Assembly: GCA_951406725.2 (NCBI GenBank)
Contig: OX597821.1
Coordinates: 53,382,001-53,446,000 of the forward strand
DNA length: 64,000 bases
Source of the DNA: Octopus vulgaris
Taxonomy: Eukaryota
Reading direction: 5' to 3'
In this document: one piece after another, positions 52,440 to 64,000 of the stretch
How positions within the stretch are numbered: position 1 is the stretch's first letter
Layout: each line of letters starts with the position of its first letter
Program-made: the position numbers and the translations under genes
Notes under the pieces: generated by a model
Seen by the model: the letters and a program-made list of their open reading frames with translations, nothing else
What the model was told of the DNA's origin: nothing
Databases searched by the model: none

Positions 52440-52850
52440 ATGTAAAAAAATACAAACTGGGACAAGGACGCAAAACATTTAGAAGACGATACAAAAAACA
52501 CGGACGGGACATTCGAAGCCTTCAATCTTCAGTCAATAACGGATCATCCTCGTAATTTCGGCTGATTAATCTTGAGATTGCTCCGACCTGGCCAGCCCCA
52601 ACGGAAAATCTAAGCCAAGCGCATTAGATTCCTTGGAAGAAAGCCTCGAATGTATACAAAACAAGGACGGGGAAACGGACGATTGTTACACGAATAAGAA
52701 TACAAAAATACGTAAAAACAATAATGATAACACGAATAAGAATATGAAAATACGTAAAAACAATAATGATAATAATAATAACAAAAACAGGACGTCACAG
52801 ACAGACGTCTTTTCGACAGGATGAGTGAACTTTGACCTGGCGCATTAGAA
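52440..52850 (-). mobile_element. Non-coding element X2 with a conserved structured core (52509-52653) and a 42-bp tandem duplication (52688-52771)
   Basis: Shares motifs and helices with X1. Abuts a (TA)n tract. Confidence 0.65.
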
Positions 52851-52977
52851 AAATGCCTTGGGGCAAAGAGAGAAAACAAATGTGTCTTGCTGCGTCAGTT
52901 AGTCACGTGTGAGGAGAAGAGAGAAGAAAAGAGAGACAGATGAAGAGAGAAAAAAGGGAACAAGGAACAAAGGAGGA

Positions 52978-53019
<42 letters not shown>

Positions 53020-53155
53020 TCAAAATGGAGTGCTAAGTGTGAAAAGCAGAGAAATGTAGGAGAGGGGAGAGAGAGAGAGACAGTGTTACAGAGTCGTACC
53101 AAGTTCAAAGAAATATGTACTTACATATAAGACCAAAAAGGGTACGGGCGCCGCT

Positions 53156-53213
53156 ATATATATATATGTATATATATATATGTATACATATATATATATA
53201 TACACATATATAT

Positions 53214-53284
<71 letters not shown>

Positions 53285-53316
53285 CATACATATATATGTA
53301 TGTGTGTGTGTGTGTG
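53156..53316. repeat. (TA)n/(TG)n microsatellite
   Basis: Seen directly. Confidence 0.95.
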
Positions 53317-55454
53317 AAAAGGATGAACTTTCGATTGTAGCAGTTTCGTCTTTACTGATAATTTTTATCAAAAGAAAACAAAAACCGCTACTTTTTTTAT
53401 TATTAAAAATAAACAAAGAATGTTAAGTATTGTCTTGAAATTGCGTAATTAATATTTATTCAGCGAAAAAGGATATTGCTATAATATTTTAACTGTTAAG
53501 ATTAATAAGAGAGCTTTTATTCATAACTTCAAGGACAGATCTTAAATCCGTGACGTTCGGCATATTTCAAAAGATCGTTACGTGGAAATTTTGCTTTCGT
53601 AACGAAAAGAAATGGAGTTAATCTGCCTTAATTAAGAACACGTTATTTTAATTTATTTCTTTGTCTATTTTTTTGCAAATTAGATTTTGTTAATGTAATG
53701 TAAATTACATTGCGGTGAACATTTTATAAATCGATTGCGGTTTGAAGTAAAAGCAAACACGTTCCTAGACATAAATATAATGATTGTAACTGTCTTGTTT
53801 GGTTGCCAAGGATATTATATTGCAAACTATCGAGGATTAACACATGGTGGAATTTGTACGTTTTACAAACAAATATACAGGCTGACTCACATGCATATGC
53901 GTAAGTATAGGCAAAACTGAAGTGAAGATACATATGCATACATTATATGTGTGTGTACCCAATATTTTAATGAACATTTTTATATTTTCCCAAGGGTTTT
54001 CCTTGTAAACTGTTTTTAACATGTTCTTATTATTATCAAAGAATGTATATATTGTGACAACCAGTACCTAACACAACAAAGCTTTTACATGTTACTTTTA
54101 ACAATCTTTTTCTAAAAAAAGTGAAACCGGTCAAGTGAATAAACATCTTTTAAAATTGCATTTTCAAAAACCTTCTTTCATATATAATTCCACTCGTGCA
54201 GTACCTTACAACTTCACTTTGTTATATATATATATATATATTCACATACATACGGGTACACACGCACGCAAACACACACATATAGATAGAAATGTAGATA
54301 TATACATATACATAAAAATATATGTATATACACATACACACACACACGCACACACACACACACATAAACAAACACACGCACACACACACACACACACACA
54401 CGCATACACACATATATATATATAATACTCAATGATATTCTAACTTTGATTTTCCCGTTTTATTTACAATCTTATGATAATATATAAAATGATATAATGA
54501 AATGATAGAATATTAAATGTCCACTATATGAAACTATGCAATCTTCAACTTCATATAGTAGTGGCGACAGTTATTTTTTACAATTTATAACTGTAGTGAT
54601 ATGGCTAAAATGTATCCTTTAAATACATTTGTATAGGCTCCAAGATGTTAATTTTTGCAAACTTTATTCTGACGAATCTGAATGTCGCTTTACTAAATTA
54701 TTTAAGTAGATTGGTGTTTGGTTTAGGCGGCACGGATTGTTGAACATGTTTAAGTGAGCTCTATTCTGACCTTGGCCAAAGTAGCAATTCTTGGGCTATT
54801 TTTAGAAATTTTGTAAACAAGATTTCCTAGGGATTTTCACATTTCAATTATCATCATTACCATTTATCCTTTATTATTGTTGTCTTTGTTGTTGGTGGTG
54901 GTGGTAGTGGTGGTAGTGGTGGTGGTTTAGGATTAACTGTGGTAATAAAACTTTAAACCCGAAAATAAGATAATTTTTAGTGACTTTTCTCTAGACTTAG
55001 CTAATATTTTCCTGCTTTCGTCAACATGAACACCTTTAGTATTGTTATTGCTGTTGTTGTTTGTGGTAGTAATCGCAGCATTAGAAATAGTACCTCTAAG
55101 TATTAGTATTATTGTCTATTTAGCTTGGGTTGGAATTTATTAATAATTTCTTTTCTCTGAAAAATATTCACAAACGCAAATATGAATTGCAACCGCAGAA
55201 ATTTAATTTACTGCATCCAATGCCAACATCAACAATAAAAATTAAGTCACTCAATGAAGAAAGCAACATTTCCGTAGTGACTTGACATAAAAATTGCAGC
55301 CAGATGTCCCTCAAGCCACAGGTTGCCGTCTGTTTGAAGTTACACACCTGACAATGTAGTTTATACATAGAAAGTACCATAGTATTTGTGTATCGTGACT
55401 GAGATGGGCCTAACCAACAGATATATTTACTTCGTTCTGTCTATAATTTTTTAA

Positions 55455-55740
55455 TGCGCCCTTTTCAAGCCCGGTTTCCCGGTTTCTATGGCGTATGTGT
55501 TCCCCCCAACTGGACGGGACGCCAGTCTATCGCAGCGTTACTCAAGAAACAGGAAGAAAGTGTGAGAGAAAGTTGGGGCGAAAGAGTACATAGCGGTCGC
55601 CATCCCCACCCCCTTGCCGTATCCTCGTGGAGCTTTATGTGTTTTTGCTCAATAAACACACACAACGCCCTGTCTGGGAATCGAAACTGCGAGCCTCCGA
55701 CCGTGAGTCCGCTGCCCTAACCACTGGGCCATTGCGCCTC
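55455..55740 (-). mobile_element. tRNA-derived SINE, family D-related variant
   Basis: Minus-strand head 'gaggcgcaatggcccagtggttagggcagcggact...gtttcgattcccaga'. The 3' part is shared with 20102-20200. Confidence 0.85.
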
Positions 55741-56880
55741 CTCGTTCTGTCTAGAGGAATGGATAGCGAACGTGTAACCGAATAATTAATTTTACCTTCA
55801 GTGGACACAAGTACCTGACTTTTGTTCTCTCAATAAGTAAACTTTCTACGATATCAATTAAATCCGTTAAGGCATATTGCTGTTTGGGCACTGAAGAGCA
55901 GTGGCCAGGAAGCTGATTATTTACAACATATAGTAATTTGCATTCGGAACAAATTGGAAATAGTGTCTTGTTACTTAGGAGATGCATGAAATTTGTAAAT
56001 AATTGGGAGTCAGGCAATTGCGAAACTATAATCCAATTAAATTTGCGTTTCCCTAAATCAAAGTAGATGAGGATACTAAAATAACAAATACTGCATTGAA
56101 AGAGTAGCAACTACTGAAGCTGTTGTCATTACCAAAAATAAAGTAGTCGCTGGTAATCATTACTATGTTTAAACAACGAAAATTTCATTGCATGTGTACA
56201 CATACATGCATATGTACCTACACACATATAGATGCACATTCGATACACTAACACATTCAAAAATACTTTCATATTTCTTTCATTTACTCCTAATCTTCAG
56301 GAAAGACTTTGTTTATTTCTATTTGTATCTCATCAAATCATATGTTGTCGTATAACAATTACATGATACTTAACAGTGAGATTTTTATTTCATGGAAAGC
56401 AATATCACTTGATATCATTATATTTCACTTACATCTTCAACAATACAAGGGTTATGGTCCATTTGTGTATGTGCGTGTGTGCAAATGAAAAATGTTTGAG
56501 AATTACAATGTCAATTAGACGTACAGAGTGAATATATTTGCTAGACGCTTGGCGAGAGTTATAAATGGAAAAAAAAATAGAAATGACGTTTTGGAGCATG
56601 ACTCTTCGTCGCAAAGAATAAATAATTCAGAGAGGAGGGAAAGAAATAAGGGAGCAGAGAGTGCCCGAGAAAACACGTGTATCGTTATACAGCCGAAAAT
56701 TAACTAACCTATATATATGTATATAGTTGTCATATTCTGTTGGGAATGTGGTAGAATTACCGAGTACTATCAGTAGTATTATTATATATTTTCAAGTTTA
56801 AATTTGGGCATTCGTCGTGTGTGAATATAAAATTGAAGAAATTGGAGTTAAGAAGGAGTATGGGGGGGTCACTCATTTAT

Positions 56881-56987
56881 TATTAGCTACAATTGTTTCG
56901 ACGCAACGTAGTTCTCCAAGAATACAGGTATATGTTTATGCAACTCTGTTTGCATAATGAGATCTATGTGTGTTCCCTCAGGCAATA
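56881..56987 (-). ncRNA. Decayed type-I hammerhead with long stem II
   Basis: UAUUGC-CUGAGG(G)..long imperfect hairpin..GCGUC-GAAAC-AAUU-GU-A-GCUAAUA. Stem III is palindromic (ACAAUUGU). Confidence 0.55.
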
Positions 56988-58526
56988 TACGAGTGTTGTC
57001 TCCGTTAGTTTAAAGTCGTGGACTTCAAGGCCTTCTACTCTATTTGTCGTGGTTTGAATTTTGTAGCAGCTGATAAAGCCATGGTGTGTGCCGCGAATAA
57101 TAAATAAATATGCAGCCGTACTATCTCTTGACTTCAATCTCATCAATTTTATGTAAGTATATATATATATATAGCAGGTATGTATGTATTATCTATTTAA
57201 TAAGAATTTGACTAAAATCCATGCACGTTAAAGAACTGTAGGTTCGTACAATGAACCTAACCGTTTCATATATAAAGATAATAAAGAGTATGAGACAAAT
57301 TGAACATGGTTTATATATGTTTTGGCTCTATTGGTCAACATAGGACACGAAGAGTTATTAGTCACAAAAGGGTATCGTTTTATTGGTAGGTAGCTGTAGG
57401 AGCTGTCTGGAAGCTGTCGTGTGAAGTATTTAGCTATATCAATTCCTTGCATCGCGGTAATCTTATACAATTAGTATCATTTCCAGACCAAAAACTACGT
57501 GACCTGAATTGTCTACTAGAGGCTTATAATCTAGAAACCATCTAGAATTGTTTTCATGTAATCTTATTCTTTGGAAAATACATAGCAGAAAATGAATTCA
57601 TTTTAAGTCTAAACGAATTGCATATGAAGATAAATGAAATATCAACAAGTATTCAACAAAACAAAGGAAAAGTGTGAAATAATTTTGTGTAACATTTTGA
57701 TGTCAAAGTTTTAAGAAATTGAATAAAATTTATGAATAGAATTTGTGGAACAGTAATTAGTTTTTATCTCATAATATTTATATTAAGTATGAATCAGCTA
57801 ATATGGCTGATATGTTTGTAAGGTGGAAAATCATATATGAGTGCATTTCATATATGTGTAGGTTAGTTTATGTCTATTATCTACGTTTGTATGCGTATTA
57901 TTATCTATAGAATTAACAAAGTTTAAAATTCCGTTAAGGTAGTGTCAGTGCGTCCTTTTATCGGAGTTGGTAGCGCATAGCACAAAATACTTTTTATTTT
58001 TAAATTAAGTCTCTATTAATTCTGAATTTTAAATGTTCCAGAGGCCAACGTTGCCTTCTATTTTAGAATCATTTTCTTCTAGATAAAGGAGAGAATCTTT
58101 CAAGATGTATTTCTATTAAATGGAATATATTCTTCTCTCAAAATATGTTCGTTCTTGTGGATATTTGGTGGGGGTTTTATAATCTCCTCTAGATGTAATA
58201 TGATTTGATGCTCTTGGGAACCTAGAACAAAGTGCTAAAATGTTATGGCTTGCAGTCAGCTCCTTAAATGTTAATTACACGAAAACAAACGAATTCGTAT
58301 TAAAAAGGTTTTATAGCAGAAGTGAGGGGTACGTACCTAATTATGCTTTAAAAAAATCACATTTATAAGTGTGAGTATTAAAGCAATGAAGTTTCCTATT
58401 TACTGCTCTAAAACACCTGCTTAATTTTAATAAACTCCATGGCCTTCACAGTCATAATGTATGTCAGTATGTAATGTATAAGGATTATTTATTTATGTGT
58501 GCATATATATATATATATATATGTAA

Positions 58527-58727
58527 TGAATCCAAACAAAGAACAAACAAGAAAAAATAATAATGCGAGGACGTGGTACAAGTACTGTATTATCAGACGC
58601 TCAGGAAGGAAGGAAAGAGGAATTAACGTTACGAGCAAAGCTCTTCTTCTGAAATAGAGGAAAATCCAAAGGAAGGGAAGTCGAAGGAAGAAAATCGCCA
58701 ACGATATACACGTGGTTATATTTTCAA
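58527..58727 (-). mobile_element. Family A copy 3, diverged, hammerhead core mutated
   Basis: Colinear with 357-560. Motif AUUU-CAGAAGA-A-GAGC-UUU-GCUC-GUAAC-GU-U at 58621-58655. Confidence 0.75.
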
Positions 58728-59212
58728 ATGACCGGAAGGGAATGGTTGAAGAAAAATTTCTTTCTAAGACAGGAGAGTGCAAGGGAAGTAGATATGTGTG
58801 CGTGTGTATGAGTATATGCGTGCGCGCAGGTCCGTGTGTGTGTAATAATAGCACGTGTATGTGCGTATGTGTGTATGTGTGTGTGTGTGTATGTGTGTGG
58901 TTTTCGCTGTTTATATGTATTCTCTATTCTCATCTGTCAACTCAATTTTCTAAAAAGGAGAAATAAATTAACAGGTAATTTCTTTGCTTCCTGGAAAATA
59001 TTACCCAATTTTATCTCTCACTTATAACATTGAAATAACTGAGATGGTGAAAGGAAATATAATTGGTTTCTAGAGATAATAATCTCTATAAATAATGGGT
59101 AAGTTTCAAACGATCCTTCGGTTACATGACGTGCTTCTTCAACACAACAACGCTTGTCTCCACGTCGTTAATTTGGCCAAAAATGATATTCAAGATCTCT
59201 GTTGCGAAGTTC

Positions 59213-59430
59213 TTATTTCTTTATTGCCCACAAGGGGCCAAACAAGGACAGACAAACAGATTAAGTCGATTACATCGACCCCAATGCGTAACTGGTACTT
59301 AATTTATTGACCCCGAAAGGATGAAAGGCAAAGTCGACCTCGGCGGAATTAGTACTCAGCACGTAAAGACAGACGATATGCCGCTAAGCATTTCGCCCGG
59401 CGTGCTAATGTTTCTGCCACTTCACCGCCT
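59213..59430 (-). mobile_element. SINE family B
   Basis: Matches 18610-18841. Confidence 0.9.
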
Positions 59431-61462
59431 TAATCTTCTAATAATAATAACAGAGATAATAACGCCTTCATTGCGGCAGGTCCAGATTAACACTGTTGCT
59501 AGATCACAATATATGTTATATTTGTTGATGCCTGTCAGACCTTCAACGGGGTCCACCATAACATTTTGTTCCGGTGATGTAACGTTGGAATTCGTGGTAA
59601 GTTGCAACATTTGATGAATGGTAACTCCCCAAATCGTGTCTTTGGCTTACATTTGTTTGTAATTTATGAAGAAGTGTCATAAGTCACTGCAATATAGAAA
59701 TATTTGCAGATGATTGGCTTCTTTTTATCCAGAAAGTCATCGATTATAACATTACCAAATTATAAAAAAGTGACTTCTGATTTACAAACTGCAAATCGAA
59801 AGGAGGACGTGTATAAAAACTTCTTTGCGAAGCAAGCTATTAAATTGAGCTTTTCACTCTTGGATGAGCTTAGCATTCATGATCTCCCCTCCCAAAATAG
59901 CACATATATTATCTAATATCACCAGAGACTTATGAGACACTGCCGACAAGAACGAGGGCTGGAAATCTCAAATAATTAACTAAAAGCTATTCTAAGCCTT
60001 GATTGCTAGGATCGCTTAAAAGTACTCAGAGGCCCATCCCTCCTACAATGTCGTTGTGTGGTGCATCATGTACAGTATACCATCAGCATTGTCATAAGTG
60101 ATTCGGTTTAAATATCTCCGAAGGCTTGGACACATAAACATTTCCTTCCCCCAGTTTAAATTCACAGTACACTTAAGATAGTTGAACAACCATTTCAGTT
60201 CATTGATTTTGATCGTTTCAGTATTATCCACAAATATATCAAGTAATCAAAAATAGATAGTCTTGAAATATTATATGGAAATTCCTTTAAAAATGAGGCG
60301 AACCACTAAAAGCTCCAATATATTTCGACCAAGAAGACTTTGCCAAAACGAATGGTCAATGGCATTCTAAAATATTTCTTAAATATGAATGAGGCTCTTA
60401 TCAAATTTTACTGTTTAGAAATAATTCTGACCAAGACATCTAAATTAATATAAATTTATATACAGAAGTGTTGAATACTTTACACTTTTACACTAAATAT
60501 TATTTGCTATAAAGATAAACACTAATTATTTGCAAGTGATAAAATTAATTTCTTCTGAAATATAACTATACGTTAATAATGAAATGTAGAACATAAGAAT
60601 TAATAATGTTTTTTGTTTATAGTCACAATACTAGAGAGAGACTTAAATGACAATTGGGAGGTCAGTGATAGAATCAGGTGAGGAATAGTGAAAGAATTAC
60701 AATTACACAGAGCTATAGTCGAACGATTAGCACGACAGAATGTATTAGGTACTTTAGGTAAATTAAACACCTAACTTTTGTCGTGAACTCTAAACTGTCC
60801 GAAATATATGTTTTCATTTCCATTTCATAGCTAATATTCAAAAAGTAGAATGAAGAAACTGAAATAAAACATCTTACGTATTGAATTTAGGGATAAGAAA
60901 TTCTCACGCACAATGAAATGCAAACACATACACGCACACACTCATACACACATACACAAAAAATGTTCACACCGATTCACGCACACGCAATTCACGAAAA
61001 GATATAACTTTTCCTTTCTCAGACGAATATTGTATGCAACAATCGATCATTCACAAAAAAAAAATATATCGACTGGAGATTTAGGAAAATTAATTTTAAG
61101 CAGAAGAAAGAAAACAATTTACAGTTTATATGTTTCCATTTATATATATAATTATAATTTATATAATTATTTACGATGATTTGTTATGAATATTTTACAT
61201 TAGGACAATCGGAGCAAAACTCTATTCCCTAACGAAGCGGGCAAATACCAACTTGACTGCCCGTGCTCAATATTTCTACCGGGATACCAATTTATGTACG
61301 CATGTGTCTGACGTGACCCAGACAGCAAAATTCATGTAACACAATATGATGCACATCATCCCACACGTAAAGGACATCCACAGCAAGGGTCGAAATGATC
61401 ACCGTACAGAATAATGACTAATACCAAATAGATCTGTTTCATTAGTCAATTATACGTAAGTG

Positions 61463-61524
<62 letters not shown>

Positions 61525-61538
61525 AGATGTATGTATAC

Positions 61539-61580
<42 letters not shown>

Positions 61581-61914
61581 ATATATATGCATGTATGTAT
61601 GTATATATAAGAAAACAGAAATGCAGTGGGTAAAATTAGAAAGATAGGAAGTCACAGAATTCAAGACAGCGAACGAGAGACATGAAAGCGTATATGATGG
61701 ATATAGTGATTGGAAATTAAACAATTAACCAACCGAAAAGGGGATGGACTGGAAACACAAGATAACGGCGTGTGTGTATGTGTGTGCGAGGAGAGAGAAA
61801 GAGCGAGAAAGAGAGAGAGGAAGGATCAGAGAAGAGAGAATATTTACAGATATGTATCGCTATACAACCTAATGGTATAGACATATATATCTCCCTACTT
61901 CATTTACTTACATA

Positions 61915-62124
61915 TCTTTAATCTTTTATCTTTTATACAGCCCATGCTGAGACGCCATTTTGCAGCATTTTAGTGGAATAAATCGACCATTCGGCTTATT
62001 CTTTAAAGGGTAATATGTATTTTATCATTAACTTTTACTGAACTGCTAAGTTACGAGAAAGTAAATACACTAGTCAAGCGGTGGTGAAGGACAAACACAA
62101 TCACACAAAAACACACACACGTAG

Positions 62125-62163
<39 letters not shown>

Positions 62164-62315
62164 ACAGGCTTCTTTCGGTTTTCGTCTATAAAATCGATTC
62201 ACAAGGCTTTGGTCTGCTTGAGGATATAATCGAAGACACTTGACCAAGTTGCCCCGCAGTGGGGCTGATGTCAGAACTGCGGATGGAAGCAAGCTCCTTA
62301 CCACAGAGGCACAGC
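61915..62315 (-). mobile_element. SINE family C, diverged, full length
   Basis: Colinear with 13701-14090. Confidence 0.8.
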
Positions 62316-63222
62316 TGCACCTATATCTTTATTCTTCTTGGGTTGTTAAGCTATTTGTGCATACTCATATGCGCACACACACACACACGCATGTACGGAT
62401 ACATATATTTCCATCTACCAGCATATGAATATCTAAAGCCTACATGGACGGATCCTCATCACTCGTTTCCATTGCAAATTTAACGAAGTCTTTGTTTACT
62501 GCTTACTATTCATTCAGTGATGCATTGTTTTTGTCTATACAGTTACATGTTCACATAAACATTTTAATGTTTTAATTAAAACGCAGTTGTACGTATGTGT
62601 GTTTTGCTTAAGAAACGATGACGTTTGATTACTCTACAGTTAAATCTATGACAAAATATTTCGTGAACAAAACTTTTATTCCTATCACGATAAGAAGTCG
62701 TCCTAAACGCTGATATCACAAAATGTATTATAAAATATTTCAACTTCCTTTACTGATTCTTAATATTCTTTCTCAGGCAATATACTGATTAAACATGAGT
62801 GGAATTTCTTCTTTGAACCACTCTTATAAAGGTATATAATGTCTATAGTTGCGTCTGATTGTTTAGAACCACCAGTGGTTCCAAGAAATAATCAGTTCAC
62901 ATGTAGTTACTCATTCACTAGCCTGTTATGTGATTCAATTTTCTCAAAGCATTCAGTGCAGGGCACCGACTGTTCGTGGCATGTTTTCTTTTTACCACAA
63001 GTTATATATCGTCAGCTGTCCAAGTTATCATCTGTTAGCACCAATTTAACTAATATGGGAAGGAGAGATGTCCTTTGATATTTTACCTCTGAGTACACAA
63101 AGTGACAAATACTTAAAAGCAACGTGCGCACAGTCTTCTGAAAACGTTAACCAAATCTTCCTCACATAGCAGCATACAGGTTTGTAGGAGAAAGGACATA
63201 TCGCATTATATAGCATTAAATA

Positions 63223-63428
63223 GGGCAGCGAGTAGGCAGAATCATTAGCACGCCTAGCAAAGTGCATAGAGTTATTTCGCCCGTCTTTACGTTCTGAGTT
63301 CAAATGCCTCCAAGGTCGACTTTGTCTGTCATAATTTGAGGGTTGATAAAATAAGTACCAGCTGAGCCCTGGGATTGTTGCAATCAATTTGCCGTATCCC
63401 CGAAATTACAGGCCAAAATCTGAAACCA
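63223..63428 (+). mobile_element. SINE family B
   Basis: 'ggcagcgagtaggcagaatcattagcacgcc...acgttctgagttcaaat..aggtcgactttg..gataaaataagtaccag'. Confidence 0.85.
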
Positions 63429-63759
63429 TCATGTAGCATTAAATATAAAATTCAGAGCGATTGGGGATTTGTCGTGACCGGAAAACGCTTTGTAAAAGAA
63501 ATACATGAGAAGAAATGTGCTGGAGCTTAAATACAACAATACGAACAACAACAGAATCATAGCCTTCGTTCGTTTTGTCAATCGCGGTAATGACGGATTT
63601 GTCTTTATCGCAGACATTGGGCTTATGAACACATTCTTTAGATATTCCGGCGCCAAACAGGAAATTGGAGTAGAAGGTTGTTATAGATACAAAATTGCAT
63701 CAGAACACCAATCGCTTGCACATAATCGCCTACTAGACGAGTTTGTCATCAGATGGCTT

Positions 63760-63877
<118 letters not shown>

Positions 63878-64000
63878 CGTGTGCGTCGTGCGTCTGTGTG
63901 TGCTTGCATGCGTTTCTATTTGAATGTATCTAAATAATTGATTTTACTTGTGTTGGCCGGAGGCAGGGAGAGAGATGATATAAAGGAAAATCTAGGAATA

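Noticed and set aside
52605-52630. TAAGCCAAGCG resemblance to a pistol ribozyme; UAAUGC resemblance to twister
   Set aside because: The pistol-like string is not conserved in X1, and the required pseudoknot and P1-P4 topologies cannot be built.
55886-55920. CTGAAGA-GC..GC-CAGGAAG hammerhead-like string
   Set aside because: Only a 2-bp stem II, no GAAA, and no stem I or III.

Overview
AT-rich eukaryotic DNA dense in microsatellites and repeats. No host protein-coding gene can be supported. The SINE families and the load of (TA)n, (TATC)n and (CA)n resemble an octopus genome, which is my inference from recognition and not a database result. Almost all ORFs in the supplied track are microsatellite artefacts. 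The real coding remnants are transposon-derived: CR1/L2-type RT fragments (one still open, 45339-46346), R4/Dong-like RT plus restriction-like endonuclease fragments next to TAA/GAA tracts, three Penelope-like RT and/or GIY-YIG fragments, and an internally deleted mariner inside a long inverted repeat. Three tRNA-derived SINE families account for roughly 20 copies. The strongest signal is non-coding. About ten type-I hammerhead-ribozyme (HHR) motifs or remnants lie in several short non-autonomous elements. One has a fully canonical core (29234-29315). One follows a Penelope GIY-YIG ORF. One sits in a tRNA-headed element whose inverted duplication starts exactly at the predicted cleavage site (15501-15800). 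In addition, two diverged elements (35708-35847 and 52509-52653) share a covarying, possibly pseudoknotted ~140-nt RNA fold that I cannot assign to a known class. All structures were folded by eye and no activity is demonstrated.
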